Assembly (NCBI RefSeq): GCF_963921235.1
Contig: NC_086097.1
Coordinates: 188,482,001 to 188,546,000, forward strand
Direction of reading: 5' to 3'
DNA length: 64,000 bases
From: Mobula hypostoma
Lineage: Eukaryota
The notes below the pieces were generated by a model that was not told the origin of the DNA, searched no databases, and saw only the letters and a list, made by a program, of their open reading frames with translations. A program made the position numbers and the translations under genes. This document shows positions 13,136-25,400 of this stretch, piece after piece (positions within the stretch are counted from its first letter, which is position 1; every line of letters begins with the position of its first letter).

Positions 13136-14459
13136 CTGCAGGGAAGCAGGAGGAATTAGTTAATTGAAAGACCAATTGCAATGACAATTCTCAAATACAG
13201 AAGTTTAAAATTACCACTGCAATTATACACCAAAACTCAATAGTACAGATATCTAATGTAACTGTATTAGCATGATTGGTATGCAAAAGCATTGTTGGGT
13301 GTAAGTAGCAAATACTAGATGCATGCAAGGAACACTGTAATACCTAGAATTTTTTTGTCAAACTCTATTAGAGTGGAGACTCCATAGATACTTCAGTAGA
13401 AAGTAAACAAGATATAGCATTGAGTCAAAGTCATTAAAAAAGGAAAGAAATATGAGACTTAAAAAGTGGAAGGAATAAAGTGTGTTTAGTAAACTGAACA
13501 ATGAGATGTTAGGATAGGTGATCAGAAGTCTGGTCTTACAGACAAGCTAGTTATAAACTGTCTAAATAGAAGTAACCATTTCACAATTATTTTACTTAGT
13601 AAATTACAGTACAGGCTAAGCTATAAAAGATATCAGAAGTTAAAGTTGGTACAAGCGTTCTTAACATTTTATAAAATCGCTAAATTTCAGATATTATTAA
13701 AATATAGTTAGGAGGTGCAACATACAGTACTGCATGAGTTTTAGATACATAACTAAAACTTTTGCACAGTACTCCATTTGTCATTGTGGAACAGAGAGCA
13801 AATTTGTAAATCTGTCAGAAGCAGAGGATATTGGGAGTAGTGAGGGTGGAGTGCTGCGGGAGGGTGTGGGTGGGACAGGTGACAGAGAAAGAGTGCTAGT
13901 GGCACGAGTGCAGATGTGCCCAGCCCTGAGTCACCAGGTAAGGTCTTTGGTTCCAAACAATTGATGCACTGATCACTACAGGATGTCTCTCTGGTGATTC
14001 CAGCTCCCTCACCTCTCCCTTCCTCTTCCCGCCCCCCCAAATCTTATTCCCCTCTCCCTGCCCCTTCCCAATTCAAGGTGCTATAGAAGTAACTACAGAA
14101 AGTGTACTTCAGATTTCAAATGAATATCAAATGCAAGCAAACTATCAAAACTATCAAGTAGTTTCTAATAAAGGAAAATATCCACACTCAGGAGAGTGGA
14201 GAATATTGTCATTGTAGAAGGCTGAGCAGCATTCTAAATATATTAATTTTTAACATAATGAGTAGTTAACACAAAATAAATGCAAGACCAAGACAAATGG
14301 AAGAATCCAACACACTAATTCATAAATGCAGAAATGTGAGTAACAAATCAAATAGCAACAAAGGAAGGAATAACACAAAGTATTTAGAATGTACAGTAAA
14401 ATATCTGAGGCAAAAATCAAAACTTGTGATAAGTGATGATAGAAATACTGAAAGACTCA

Positions 14460-14800
14460 GACGAGCGTAAGACATAATAAGAGGAATAGATAGAGTGGAT
14501 AGCCAGCGCCTCTTCCCCAGGGCACCACTGCTCAATACAAGAGGACATGGCTTTAAGGTAAGGGGTGGGAAGTTCAAGGGGGATATTAGAGGAAGGTTTT
14601 TTACTCAGAGAGTTGTTGGTGCGTGGAATGCACTGCCTGAGTCAGTGGTGGAGGCAGATACACTAGTGAAGTTTAAGAGACTACTAGACAGGTATATGGA
14701 GGAATTTAAGGTGGGGGGGGGTCATATGGGAGGCAGGGTTTAAGGGTCAGCACAACATTGTGGGCCGAAGGGCCTGTAATGTGCTGTACTATTCTATGTT
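14460..14800 (+). mobile_element. CR1 3' fragment (same subfamily as 5550-8586)
   Basis: ORF 14495..14743 is nearly identical to 8281..8526, with the same 3' tail. Confidence 0.9.
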
Positions 14801-14805
14801 TTATA

Positions 14806-16420
14806 TTCAGCCCATCGAGTCTACTCTGCCATTCTATCATGGCTGACCATGGGTCCCTCTCAACCCCATACACCTGCCTTCTCGGCATAGCCTCTGATGT
14901 TCTGACCGATCAGGAAACGATTAATTTGTGCTTTAAATATACGCATGGTCTTGGTCTCCACAGCTGTCTGTGGCACAGCAGTCCACAGGTTCACTACTCT
15001 CTAGCTAAAAAAAAATTCTTCCTTAAACCTCTTTTCTAAAGGGTTGTCTCTCAATTTTGAGGCTGTGCCCTCTAGTTCTGGATATTCCACCATAGGAAAC
15101 ATCCTCTCCACATCCACCTCATCTAGTCCTTTCAACATTCAGTAGGTTTCAATGAGATCCTCCCCCAATTCTTCCAAATTCCAGTGAGTACAGGCCCAAA
15201 GCTGCCGAATGCTCATATGTTAACCCCATCATTCCCGGAATCATCTTCATGAACCTCCTCTGGACACTCTCTAATGACAACACATCCATTCTGAGCTATG
15301 GGGCCCAAGACTGTTGATAATACCCTAAGTGCAGTCTTTGTAATAGCAATGGCACTCACTCCTGCTCCATGACATTCACTGACCTCTGGCACACTGCTCG
15401 TGCCTCCAACAGTGAAGACAGATGCAAAGTATCCATTAAATTCATCTGCCTTTTTTGTCCCTCTTTACTACCTCACCGGCATCATTTTCCAGTGGTCCAA
15501 TATCAACTCTCATCTCCCTTTTCCTCTTTATATAACTGGAAAAAACTTTTGGTATTCTGCTTTATATTATAGACTAGTCTGCCCTCATATTTCATCTTTT
15601 CCCTTTTTACAGCTTTTTTAGTTACTTTTGTTGGATTTTAACAGTTTCCCAATCATCCAACTTCCCACACAATTTTGCTACCTTACATCCCCTTTCCTTG
15701 GCTTTTATAGAAACATAGAAAGTAGGTGCAGGAGTAGGCCTTTCGGCCCTTCGAGCCTGCACCGCCATTCAGTATGATCATGGCTGATCATCCAACTCAG
15801 AACCCTGTACCTGCCTTCTCTCCATTAAGTTTATGCAGTCCTTAACTTTCCTTGTCAGCCATGGTTGCCTTCCCCTACCATTTGAGAACAACTTCTTGGG
15901 AGACATACCTATCCTGCGCCTTGTGAACTATTCCCAGAAACGTCAGCCATCTCTGCTCTGCCGTCATCCCCACCATTATCCTCCTCCAATCCACCTGGGC
16001 AAGCTCCTCTCTCATGCCTTTGTAATTCCCTTTATTCCAATGTGATGCTGATACATGTGAATTCTGCTTCTCACTCTCAAATTTCGGTATGAATTCAATT
16101 ATATTATGATCACTGCCTCCCAAAGGTTCCTTTACATTAAACCCTTACAAGATCTGGGTTATTACACAAAACCCAATGTAAGGTGGGTTTTCCCTGAGTA
16201 GGCTCAATCTCAAGCTACTCTAAAAAGCCATTCCATAGGCATCCACCAAATTCTCTCCCTTGCAATGCGACATCAACCTGACTTTCCCAATATCCTTGCA
16301 TATTGAAGTCCCCATTACAAATGTTACATTACCCTTATTACAGGCCCTTTCCAACTCCTTTTGTAATCTCAAACCCACATCTTGGCTAAGATATGGCAGT
16401 CTATATGACTCCCATAATTT
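14806..16420 (-). mobile_element. CR1 LINE with internal deletion and a short nested CR1 3' tail (~15708-15826)
   Basis: Colinear with parts of 22461-27100; EN remnant (GGSDHNII, ORF 15875..16123); nested tail begins atagaaacatagaaagtaggtgcaggagtaggcc. Confidence 0.8.
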
Positions 16421-16525
16421 TTTTTTACCCTTAAGCATAAAGAGAGCAGACTCAAACACGTCACAAACATTACTAGACCCAAATCAAATACAGATTCTGT
16501 GATGCACGTTCAATGTAAGGCCTAC

Positions 16526-16624
16526 CGGTGAGCTATAGGATGCTCCTTGTAGTTTTGACATGCTTGTCTCAAATATACCGATTAGGTCATGTGATCCATC
16601 ATTATCATAATCATAGCACTCCAC
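16526..16624 (-). CDS. CPNE3: Copine-3-like copy A, coding exon 7 (C2B Ca2+ loop)
   Basis: [33 protein letters not shown] (within ORF 16484..16675); ttttgcag acceptor, GTAGGC donor; 99 nt. Confidence 0.94.
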
Positions 16625-17531
16625 CTGCAAAAAAACTACATTTAGTTTTGTTGCAATCTGCATAAACTGGCACATCAGATGTTTGTACCCTGCTGTTCTA
16701 ATCTGCAGTTAAGAGTGTCCATTATTGTTGAAGGATTTCATATCCCTTAGCATTTTACCATTCTTTGTTGACTGGAGGATCTTGGATCATAAATAATTCA
16801 TTCAGAAAATGTATACTATAAGCATGATTATCAATGAAAAAATAGCAGAAACCAGCAGACAGTTAGCTTTTTTGACGTAGACAAAAATGTGAAGACTGGA
16901 AAAGGAACAACAAAATGCTGTCAATAAGCTTATTCCCAGCCATTGGCACCAAACGTGTTGTGCGGTAGTGTCAACCAGCTGAACTTTCCATCTGAAAAGT
17001 ACTCCATGTAGCACATCGAGCACCAGTAAGCAAGGAGTTGAATTTCTGGCAAATTACTTTCAGCTAATTGGACATTGAGTGTTTTCAAGACTTGGAGCCT
17101 GAATAAATTAACATATTTAAATCCATTATCATCCTTTAAACAAGATAAACAATTAGATGATAAATGCACAGCAGAAATGTGCATTAACTCATACCCAAGC
17201 AGATCTTGCTTAAACGTTACTAGTATAAATAGGAAAGGCAAATATATGACAAATTGGCTCAAATCAACTTCACTTAATGTTGTAAATTGTTAGCCCTGCA
17301 CCATAGGCTTCTGGTTTTTGCTGTTTGTGCAACAAAAATGAATAAGCACCATACATTTACTGCCTAGCTTTATTTGTTCACTGTAAACAATGTATTTGCA
17401 CTTTTTAGTCAATATTTTCAATACTGATGGCATTAATGGTTACAAGTTGCTTCCATTTTACAAAAAGAACCATGGTGAAAAGACTGAGAAAATTGTCATT
17501 TCTGAATCTATGTCAGTAAACTGAAATTTAC

Positions 17532-17621
17532 CTTGATACTCCTCTGAAAATCACCATTACCCAGGGATCGCAAAGGGATTTTGAAAGGTTTCCAACTAGG
17601 ATTTAGGTTATTCTTTATTAC
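17532..17621 (-). CDS. CPNE3: Copine-3-like copy A, coding exon 6 (C2B)
   Basis: [30 protein letters not shown]; atttag acceptor, GTAAAT donor; 90 nt. Confidence 0.93.
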
Positions 17622-17927
17622 CTAAATATTTAAAAAATTTACATTAGTAACATAGCATACTGCTTACATTTTTACATCTTAAAACACCATTACATTATAA
17701 AAAACATTTACAGAAAACACGCAATTTTTGGGATGTTAATGGAACTGGAACAGCGTGATGTGGTGCAGGGGGGAGATCCATAGCACAAGGTAAGTACAGA
17801 TCTTAAAGGGGACCTACCTGTAGACAACCTGAAGTGCCTGATACCACATACTAGGATCTGATCTGCCAGGTTACCTTTTAAACTGAACCAAAACAGGCCT
17901 TGATCATTGTGAATATCTGCTTCTGAG

Positions 17928-18151
17928 GAGGGAACGTCGACTCAGACCATGAGAGGCCTGCATCGGGCATTTTCATGCTTTACAAGGCGCATATTGGAAG
18001 TCTATGTGGGCGCCACTCCTCGCACGGACTACAGCAATGTGTGATTAAGTGCCTTGCTCAAGGGCACACACACTCTGCCACAGCTGAGGCTCAAACTAGC
18101 AACCTTGAGGTAACTAGACGAACGCCTTAACCAGTTGGCCACGTGCCCAAC
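17928..18151 (-). mobile_element. tRNA-derived SINE (same family as 9795-10027)
   Basis: High sequence similarity along the full length to 9795-10027. Confidence 0.85.
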
Positions 18152-18175
18152 ACTAAGTCATCTGCAATGTCTGTG

Positions 18176-18336
18176 AACAACAGGAATTCTGCAGATGCTG
18201 GAAATTCAAGCAACACACATCATCTTCGTCTGTCGTCTGTCCCGACGAAGGGTCTCGGCCTGAAACGTCGACTGTATCTCTTCCTAGAGATGCTGCCTGG
18301 CCTGCTGCATTCACCAGCAACTTTGATGTGTGTTGC
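18176..18336. mobile_element. Mini Penelope-tail insertion (inverted tail + hammerhead-bearing tail) with 13-bp direct repeat
   Basis: Direct repeat TGCAATGTCTGTG at 18163-18175 and 18334-18346; internal inverted repeat GCAACACACATCA (18210-18222) / TGATGTGTGTTGC (18324-18336). Confidence 0.8.
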
Positions 18337-18387
18337 AATGTCTGTGGGAGCTTTACGTACAACTCAATTTTTCAAGTGGTATTCAAA

Positions 18388-19578
18388 AGTGGATGAGGCT
18401 TTTCATTCCAGGACGAAGGAGATGTCTTCCTTTTTTAAAGTAAGGGGCTTCCCTTCCTCCACCATCAACTCTGCTCTCAAACGCATCTCTCCCACTTTAC
18501 GCACATCTGCTCTCACCCCATCCGCCCGCCATCCCACTAGGGATAGGATTCACCTTGTCCTCACCTACCACCCCACCAGCCTCCGGGTCCAACATATAAT
18601 TCTCCGTAACTTCCGCCACCTCCAACAAGATCCCACCACTAAGCACATCTTTCCCTCCCCCTCCCCCTTTCTGCTTTCCGCAGGGATTGCTCCCTACCCG
18701 ACTCCCTTGTCCATTCGTTCCCCCCCCCCATCCCTTCCCACTGATCTCCCTCCAGGCACTTATCCATGTAAGCAGAACAAGTGCTACACCTGCCCTTGCA
18801 CTTCCTCCCTCACTACCATTCAGGGCCCCAGACAGTCCTTCCAGGTGTGGCATCACTTCACCTGTGAGTCGGCTGGTGTGATATACTGTGTCTGGTGCTC
18901 CTGATGTGGCCTTCTATATATTGGTGAGACCCCACGCAGACTGGGAGACCGTTTCGCTGAACACCTACGCTCTGTCCGTCAGAGAAGGCAGGATCTCCCA
19001 GTGGCCACACACTTCAATTCCACGTCCCATTCCCATTCTGATATATCCATCCATGGCCTCCTCTACTGTCAAGATGAAGCCACACTCAGGTTGGAGGAAC
19101 AACACCTTATATTCCGTATGGGTAGCCTCCAACCTGATAGCATGAACATTGACTTCTCTAACTTCCGTTAATGCGCCTCCTTCTTTCCTTACCCCATCCC
19201 TTATTTATTTTTATTCCCCCCCTTCTTTTTTTTCCTTCTCTCTCTGTCCCACTCACAATCACTCCTTGCCTGCTCTCCATCTTCCTCTTGGGTCCCTTTC
19301 CCTTTCTTTCTCCCTAAGCCTCCTGTCCCATGACCCTCCCCCTTCTCCAACTCTGTATCCCTTTTGCCAATTAACTTTCCAGCTCTTAGCTTCTTCCCTC
19401 TCCCTCCTGTCTTCTCCTATCATTTTGGATCTCCCCCACCCCCTCCCATTTTCAAACCTCTTACTAGCTCTTCTTTCAGTTAGTCCTGATGAAGGGTCTC
19501 GGCCCGAAACGTCGACTGTACTTCTTCCCATAGATGCTGCCTGGCCTGCTGCGTTCACCAGCATTTTGTGTGTGTTTG
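18388..19578 (+). mobile_element. Penelope-like retroelement, 5'-truncated (RT thumb/linker + GIY-YIG endonuclease + pyrimidine tract + tail)
   Basis: Reading through one TGA (18902-18904): FTCESAGVIYCVWCS*CGLLYIGETPRRLGDRFAEHLRSV...PVATHFNSTSH...RLEEQHLIFRMGSLQPDSMN, a GIY-YIG domain; Cys linker PCKQNKCYTCP upstream. Confidence 0.9.
19482..19517 (+). ncRNA. Minimal type I hammerhead-ribozyme motif (best-preserved copy)
   Basis: AGUC-CUGAUGA-A-GGGU CUCG GCCC-GAAAC-GUC-GACU: stem I AGUC/GACU, CUGAUGA 19486-19492, 4-bp stem II, GAAA 19506-19509, palindromic ACGU, GUC triplet (predicted cut after 19513). One extra A before stem II versus the canonical core. Confidence 0.72.
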
Positions 19579-19924
19579 CGAAAGTGTGCACTAGATGCAT
19601 TTGGATATCAATGCACACATGCTGGTACCTCTGAATGCAAGTGCATTATGTGCATGCAGAACACAGAATCAGGTTACTCATTTTTCTAATAAACAGTTAA
19701 GAAAATGATCAATTTCAGCAGTCATACAATAAAATTCTGAAGAACATTATACCTGGCAATGGAAAACAGAACGTAGAGAGCCTGACTGACTTCCAGATGA
19801 AAATATTTCTTCAATCCTTTCTATGGAAGTTTGATTTTTTTTAAACTACCGCAACCCTAATTTTCCTATGTAATAGAGGACCATTTTTATCTTATTCTTC
19901 ACACCAGTAATCACTTTTTAAGTC

Positions 19925-20456
19925 TACTTCCCATTCCAACATGTCAGTCCATGGCCTATACTGCAGCGGTGAGGCCACACTCAGGTTGGAGGAGCAACAC
20001 CTTATATTCCATTTGCGCAGCCTCCAACCTGATGGCATGAACATAGATTTCTCTAACTTCTGGTAATTGCCCCCTCTTCACCTTCACCATTCCCCATTCT
20101 CATTTCCCTCCCCATCACCTTCCCCTCTGGTGCTCCTTCCTCTTCCATTTTTTCCATGACCTTCAGTTCTCTCCTATCAGATTCCCCTACCTCCAGCCCT
20201 TCATCTCTTTCACCAATCCCAGCTCTTTACTTCACATCTCCCAGATTCACCCATCACCTACTATCTTGTATTTCTTCCTCTTCTTCCCTCACCTTCTTAC
20301 TCTGACTTCTTATCTCTTTTTTCCCGTCCTGAGGAAGGGTCTCGGCCCAAAACGTGGACTGTTTACTCTTTTCCATAGATGCTGCCTGGCCTGCTGAGTT
20401 CCTCCAGCATTTTGTGTGTATTACTTTGACTTCTAGCATTTGCAGATTTTCTCTTG
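19925..20456 (+). mobile_element. Penelope-like 3' fragment (older copy)
   Basis: Matches 19020-19578 (cacactcaggttggaggagcaacaccttatattcc...); decayed hammerhead motif at ~20326-20360; includes the extra ~30-nt terminal extension. Confidence 0.8.
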
Positions 20457-21571
20457 CCAGTAATCCCTTATTTAGGTTATCTGTTTAGTAAATCTATACA
20501 CCTCTACATTAAATAGGGTGCATGGTATAGCCTGCAAAGATCCACCTGTGGTATAATAGGAATGAATGTTAAACTTCTGTCATTTATCCCAGTTATCCAA
20601 TTTACTCTTTTCTGAATTATAACACAGTTGCCACACCAAGTCATTATGAATCCAGACCAAATGCTTTCTAAGGTGCATTGATAAAAATTGGGAAAATTTG
20701 ATGGGGGCGTACCTTATTTCTTTAGCCTCCTGAGGTAGCAGAGGCCTTGGATAGCTTCCTTGGCTGTGACATCAATATGATTGGTCCAGGACAGACTACC
20801 AGTGATGTTGACACCCAAGGACTTAATGCTCTCAAGCTCAACACTGCTGGTGTAGACAGGAACAAGTGCCCAACTTCAGTGCATGTGTACACTGACTACG
20901 TTTTTCTGCTATTATAACTATATATGCTGTCTGTGGCTGTTAGTAGCTTGCCCACAGGAAAACTGATTTGTTTGGCTGAATTCAGGTGTATGGTTGAATG
21001 AAAATTAATCTTGAAGGGCTCCCCCTTTCTAAAGTCAATGATCAGCCCTTTTGACATTGAGGGAAAGATTGTTGTCATGACACCATGTCACTAAACTCAG
21101 CAACCATTATTTTACATCTCTAATCCAACCAGTCAAATTTCCCCCTCTGTTCCAAAGCAGCTTTAATTTATATACTTTATACTTTATTGTCGCCAAACAA
21201 TTGGTACTAGAACGTACAATCATCACAGCGATATTTGATTCACACATTTTAGTATTGAAGCATATTCATAGTGTCCACTACGTGTCCCCCAAGTTCAAAT
21301 TCATATCTTGTTGAACATGGAAAAGCTTCTCCTGCACGCTCTTTACATGAATATATTAATTATAATCAGCACAGGGGCTGAAGTACTTTAGGCAGGAAGT
21401 CATGTGCTGAAAAGTACAATAAACAACTTTGATATCATGTCACTATTTCTCTGTCTCCTCATTATGACGATGTAGGTGAAAGACAGCTCCTCAGTCGACA
21501 TGTATTTGAAGAGAACAACTTAGCAGACAGTTTGAACGTTATGCTTATTAGACACAGTTAAGGTGTCATCT

Positions 21572-21868
21572 GGGCACCACGACGGTGCAGCAGTTAGCGC
21601 GATGCTACTACAGCACAGGGCGTTCCGGAGTTCGGAGTTCAATTCCAGCGCTGTTCTGTAAGGAGTCTGTACGCCCTCACAGTGGAATGCATGAGTTTTC
21701 CCCAGGGGCCCTGTTTCCTCCCACAGTCCAAAGACAAAGCAGGTAAGTTAACTGGTCTTTGTAAGTTGTCCCGTGATTAGGTTAGAGTTAATCGGGGGCT
21801 GCTGGGGTGGCGTGACTCAAAGGGCCGGGAGGTTCTAGTCCATGCTGCTTCAGTAAATCAATCAATCT
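21572..21868 (+). mobile_element. V-domain tRNA-derived SINE (HE1-like)
   Basis: tRNA-like head with B-box-like GTTCAATTCC, V-domain-like gtttcctcccacagtccaaagac, tail aatcaatcaatc; ends ~25 bp from the coding exon 5 donor. Confidence 0.75.
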
Positions 21869-21876
21869 GCTCCTCA

Positions 21877-22032
<156 letters not shown>

Positions 22033-22201
22033 CTACTTCAAAATTATACACAAACTAGAAACATAATAAAAAAAACAATGTGAAAGAGAAAATGACAAAT
22101 AAATACTGTTCACTAGCCAGAGCTATTGAGGATCTCAGATACTGCCTCTTCCTTTTAAGTGATAAAGCCGACATATTTTCAGCTTACTACAAAACACCTA
22201 C

Positions 22202-22273
22202 CTTATTATCCAGGTTCCGTGCTTGAGCCTCAAAATTTACCACTCTGTTGTCTTTCACTTCCTCAGCATAGAT
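22202..22273 (-). CDS. CPNE3: Copine-3-like copy A, coding exon 4 (C2A/C2B junction)
   Basis: IYAEEVKDNRVVNFEAQARNLDNK; ttttaag acceptor, GTAGGT donor; 72 nt. Confidence 0.92.
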
Positions 22274-22460
22274 CTTAAAAACAAATAAAATAGAAATCAA
22301 TTTACAATATTTTTGAAATAGAAATGAAGAGGCAATACCTCATAATGTCAGGCCAACCCATATTTGAGGTGAGAACCAGACAAATACCCTGTGCCAAAAT
22401 AATCAGCTCCAAAATGCAGCAATTTCAAACAGAAATTTATGTCAGTGCAGTACTGTTCAG

Positions 22461-25400
22461 ACCATGAGACATACGAGCAGAATTTGGCCATTCAGCCCAT
22501 TGAGTCTACTCCGCCATTCCATCATGGCTGATCCCAGATATCACTCAAACCCATACACCAGCCTTCTCAACATATTCTTTGATGCTCTGACCACTCAGAA
22601 AGCTATCAACTTCTATATTAAATATACCCACGGACTTGGCCTCCACTGCAGTCGGCGCAGAACATTCCATAGATTCGTTACACTCTAGCTAAAAAAATTC
22701 CTCCTTATTTCTATTCTGAAAGGTCACCGCTCAATTTTGAGGTTATGCCCTGTAATTCTGGATAACCACACTATAGGAAACATCCTCTCCGTATCCACCC
22801 TATCTAGTCCTTTCAACATTCGGTAGGTTTCAATGAGCTCCCCGTGCATTCTTCTAATTTCCAGCGAGTATAGGCCCAAAGCCGCCAAACGCTCCTCATA
22901 CGTTAATCCCTTTCACTCCCGAAATCTCTTTTTTCCCCCCCTTTCAAGGTTCTTTTGGAGACCCTGATCTGGAGTTACATGCTGACTTCAATTCTTTGCA
23001 GAAACGGGACCTGCTCTCAGGGCCTGATGACCAGCCACTTTTCGTTATGCCAAGGATGCGGCCTGGAAGACTAGTGCACCTTCAGGGTGGTGGATTTTCA
23101 TGGCTCTGGAGGCGGGCGGATTCAAGTCTGGAGCCGCCGCCTGATGCATCATGGGAGATGGAAGATCATAAGCAGCGAGCTGGCTGCGTGCCCAGAGACC
23201 CAAGTTCTTTGGGCACAGAGCTCAGAAAAAGCTACGCAACAGACTTTTAACACCATAAATCAGCAAGTTGCTTTCTTATTTCTCCCCTCTCGCTGTGAAA
23301 TGGGGACACCTCTTTTTTCCCTCATTAGGGAGAGACAGAGCCTGTCGTATGTCGGATCACCAGGTGAACAAGCAGTCTTTGGGGTACTGCAGGTCTGTGT
23401 CTTTATTGTTGCTTTGCTGCATGCTTGAGTGCTCAGTGGGGGGTGCCGATGCTTTTTTCTGCTGGTAGGATGGGGGGGGGGGTTTGTCACTTTGCTGCTG
23501 CTTATGTGTGGGAGGGGGAGCAGTGGCTTTGGGGTTCTAACATTTAACTGTCATTTATTCTTTGGGGCAATCCTCTGTTGTTTTCATGGATGTTTGCGAA
23601 GAAAAAGTATTTCAAGATGTATATTGTATACATTTCTCTGACGATAAATGTACCTATTGAACCTATTGAATCTCCTCTGGACTCTCTCCAATGATAACAC
23701 ATCCTTTCTGAGATATGGGGCCCAAAACAACTGACAAGACTCCTTGCAGCCTGACTACTGTCTTATAAAGGCTCAGCATTATCACCTTACTTTTAGATTC
23801 TATTCCCCTTGAAATGAATGCCAACATTGCATTTGGCTCTACCACAGACTTAACCCGTAAATTAACCTTCTGGGTGTCTTGCACCAGGACTCCCAAGTCC
23901 CTCTGCAACTCTGATACTTGAACCTTCTCCCTGTTTAGATAATAGTCCCCAGTATCATTCCTTTGACAAAAATGCATTATCATACATTTCCCAACACTGT
24001 ATTCAAGCTGCCACTTTTTTGGCATTCTTCCAATTTGTCCAAGTCCTGCTGCAATCGCATTGCTTTCTCAGCAATACCTACCCCTCCACCTATCTTTGTA
24101 TCATCTGTAAACTTTGCCACAAGCCCACCAATTCTATTATCCGAGTCACTGACAAACAATGTGAAAAGTAGTGGTGGTCCAAGGAACACCACTAGTCACC
24201 GGCAGCCAAACAGAAAAGGCCCCCTTTATTCCCACTTGCTGCCTCCTGCCTGTCAGTCATTCCTCTATCCATGCCAGCATCTTTCCTGTAACGCCAGCGT
24301 AACGCCAATCTTGTTAAGCAGCCTCACATGTGGCACCTCATCAAATGTCTTCTGAAAATACAAGGACATCCACTGCCTCTCTTTTGTCCACCCTACTTGA
24401 CACCTCCTTGAAGAACTCTAACAGATCTGTCGGGCAAGATTTTCCTTTACAGAAACCACCCTAATTTTGACTTAGATCATTAGTCTCCAAGTAGCCGAAA
24501 CCTCAGCACTGATAATAGACTCAAGCACTGAGGTTAGGCTAACTGGCCTATAATTTCCTTTCTTTTGCCTTCCTCCCTTCTTCAAGAGTGGAGTGATATT
24601 TGCAATCTTCCAGTCCCCTGGGACCATGCCAGAATCAAGTGATTCTTGAAAGATCATGACTAATGCATCTGTTATCTCTTCAGCAACTTCTCTCAGGACT
24701 CTGGGATGTAGTCCAGGTGACTTATCCACCTTAAGACCTTTGAGATGTCTAGCACTTTTTCCCTTTATAATAGCAATGGCACTCACTCCTGCTCCCTGAC
24801 TCTCACAGACCTCTGGCACACTGCTAGAGTCCTCCACAGAGAAGACAGATGCAAAGTACCCCTTAAGCTCATCTGCCATTTCTTTGTCCCCCATTACTGC
24901 CTCACCAGTGGCCCAATATCAACATACACTTCCCTGCTTTATATTATTGGCTAGTTTGCCCTCATGTTTCATCTTCTCCCTTTTTACAGCTTTTTTGGTC
25001 GTCTTTTGTTGGATTTCAAATGCTTCCCAATTATCCCACTCACTTTTGCTACCTTATATGTCCTTTCCTTGGCTTTTATGCAGTCCTTAACTTCCTTCGC
25101 CAGCCACGGTTGCCTATCACTGCCATATGAGAACTTCTTCCTCTGTGGGACATACCTATCCCACGCCTGGTGAACTTTTCCCAGAAACATCAGCATCTCT
25201 GCTCTGCCATCATCCCAGCCAGTATCCTCCTCCAATTCACCTGGGCAAGCTCCTCTCTCATGCCTTTGTAATTCCCTTTCTTCCATTGTGATACTGATAC
25301 ATGTGACTTCTGCTTCTTCCTCTCCAACTGCAGTATGAATTCAATCATACTATGATCACTGCCTCCTAAGGGCTCCTTTACGTAAGCCCACTAATAAGAT

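Noticed and set aside
18143..18904. 253-aa ORF as a novel host gene
   Set aside because: It is a chance read-through across a SINE edge, a Penelope tail insertion and the Penelope ORF remnant, ending at a TGA inside the GIY-YIG domain.
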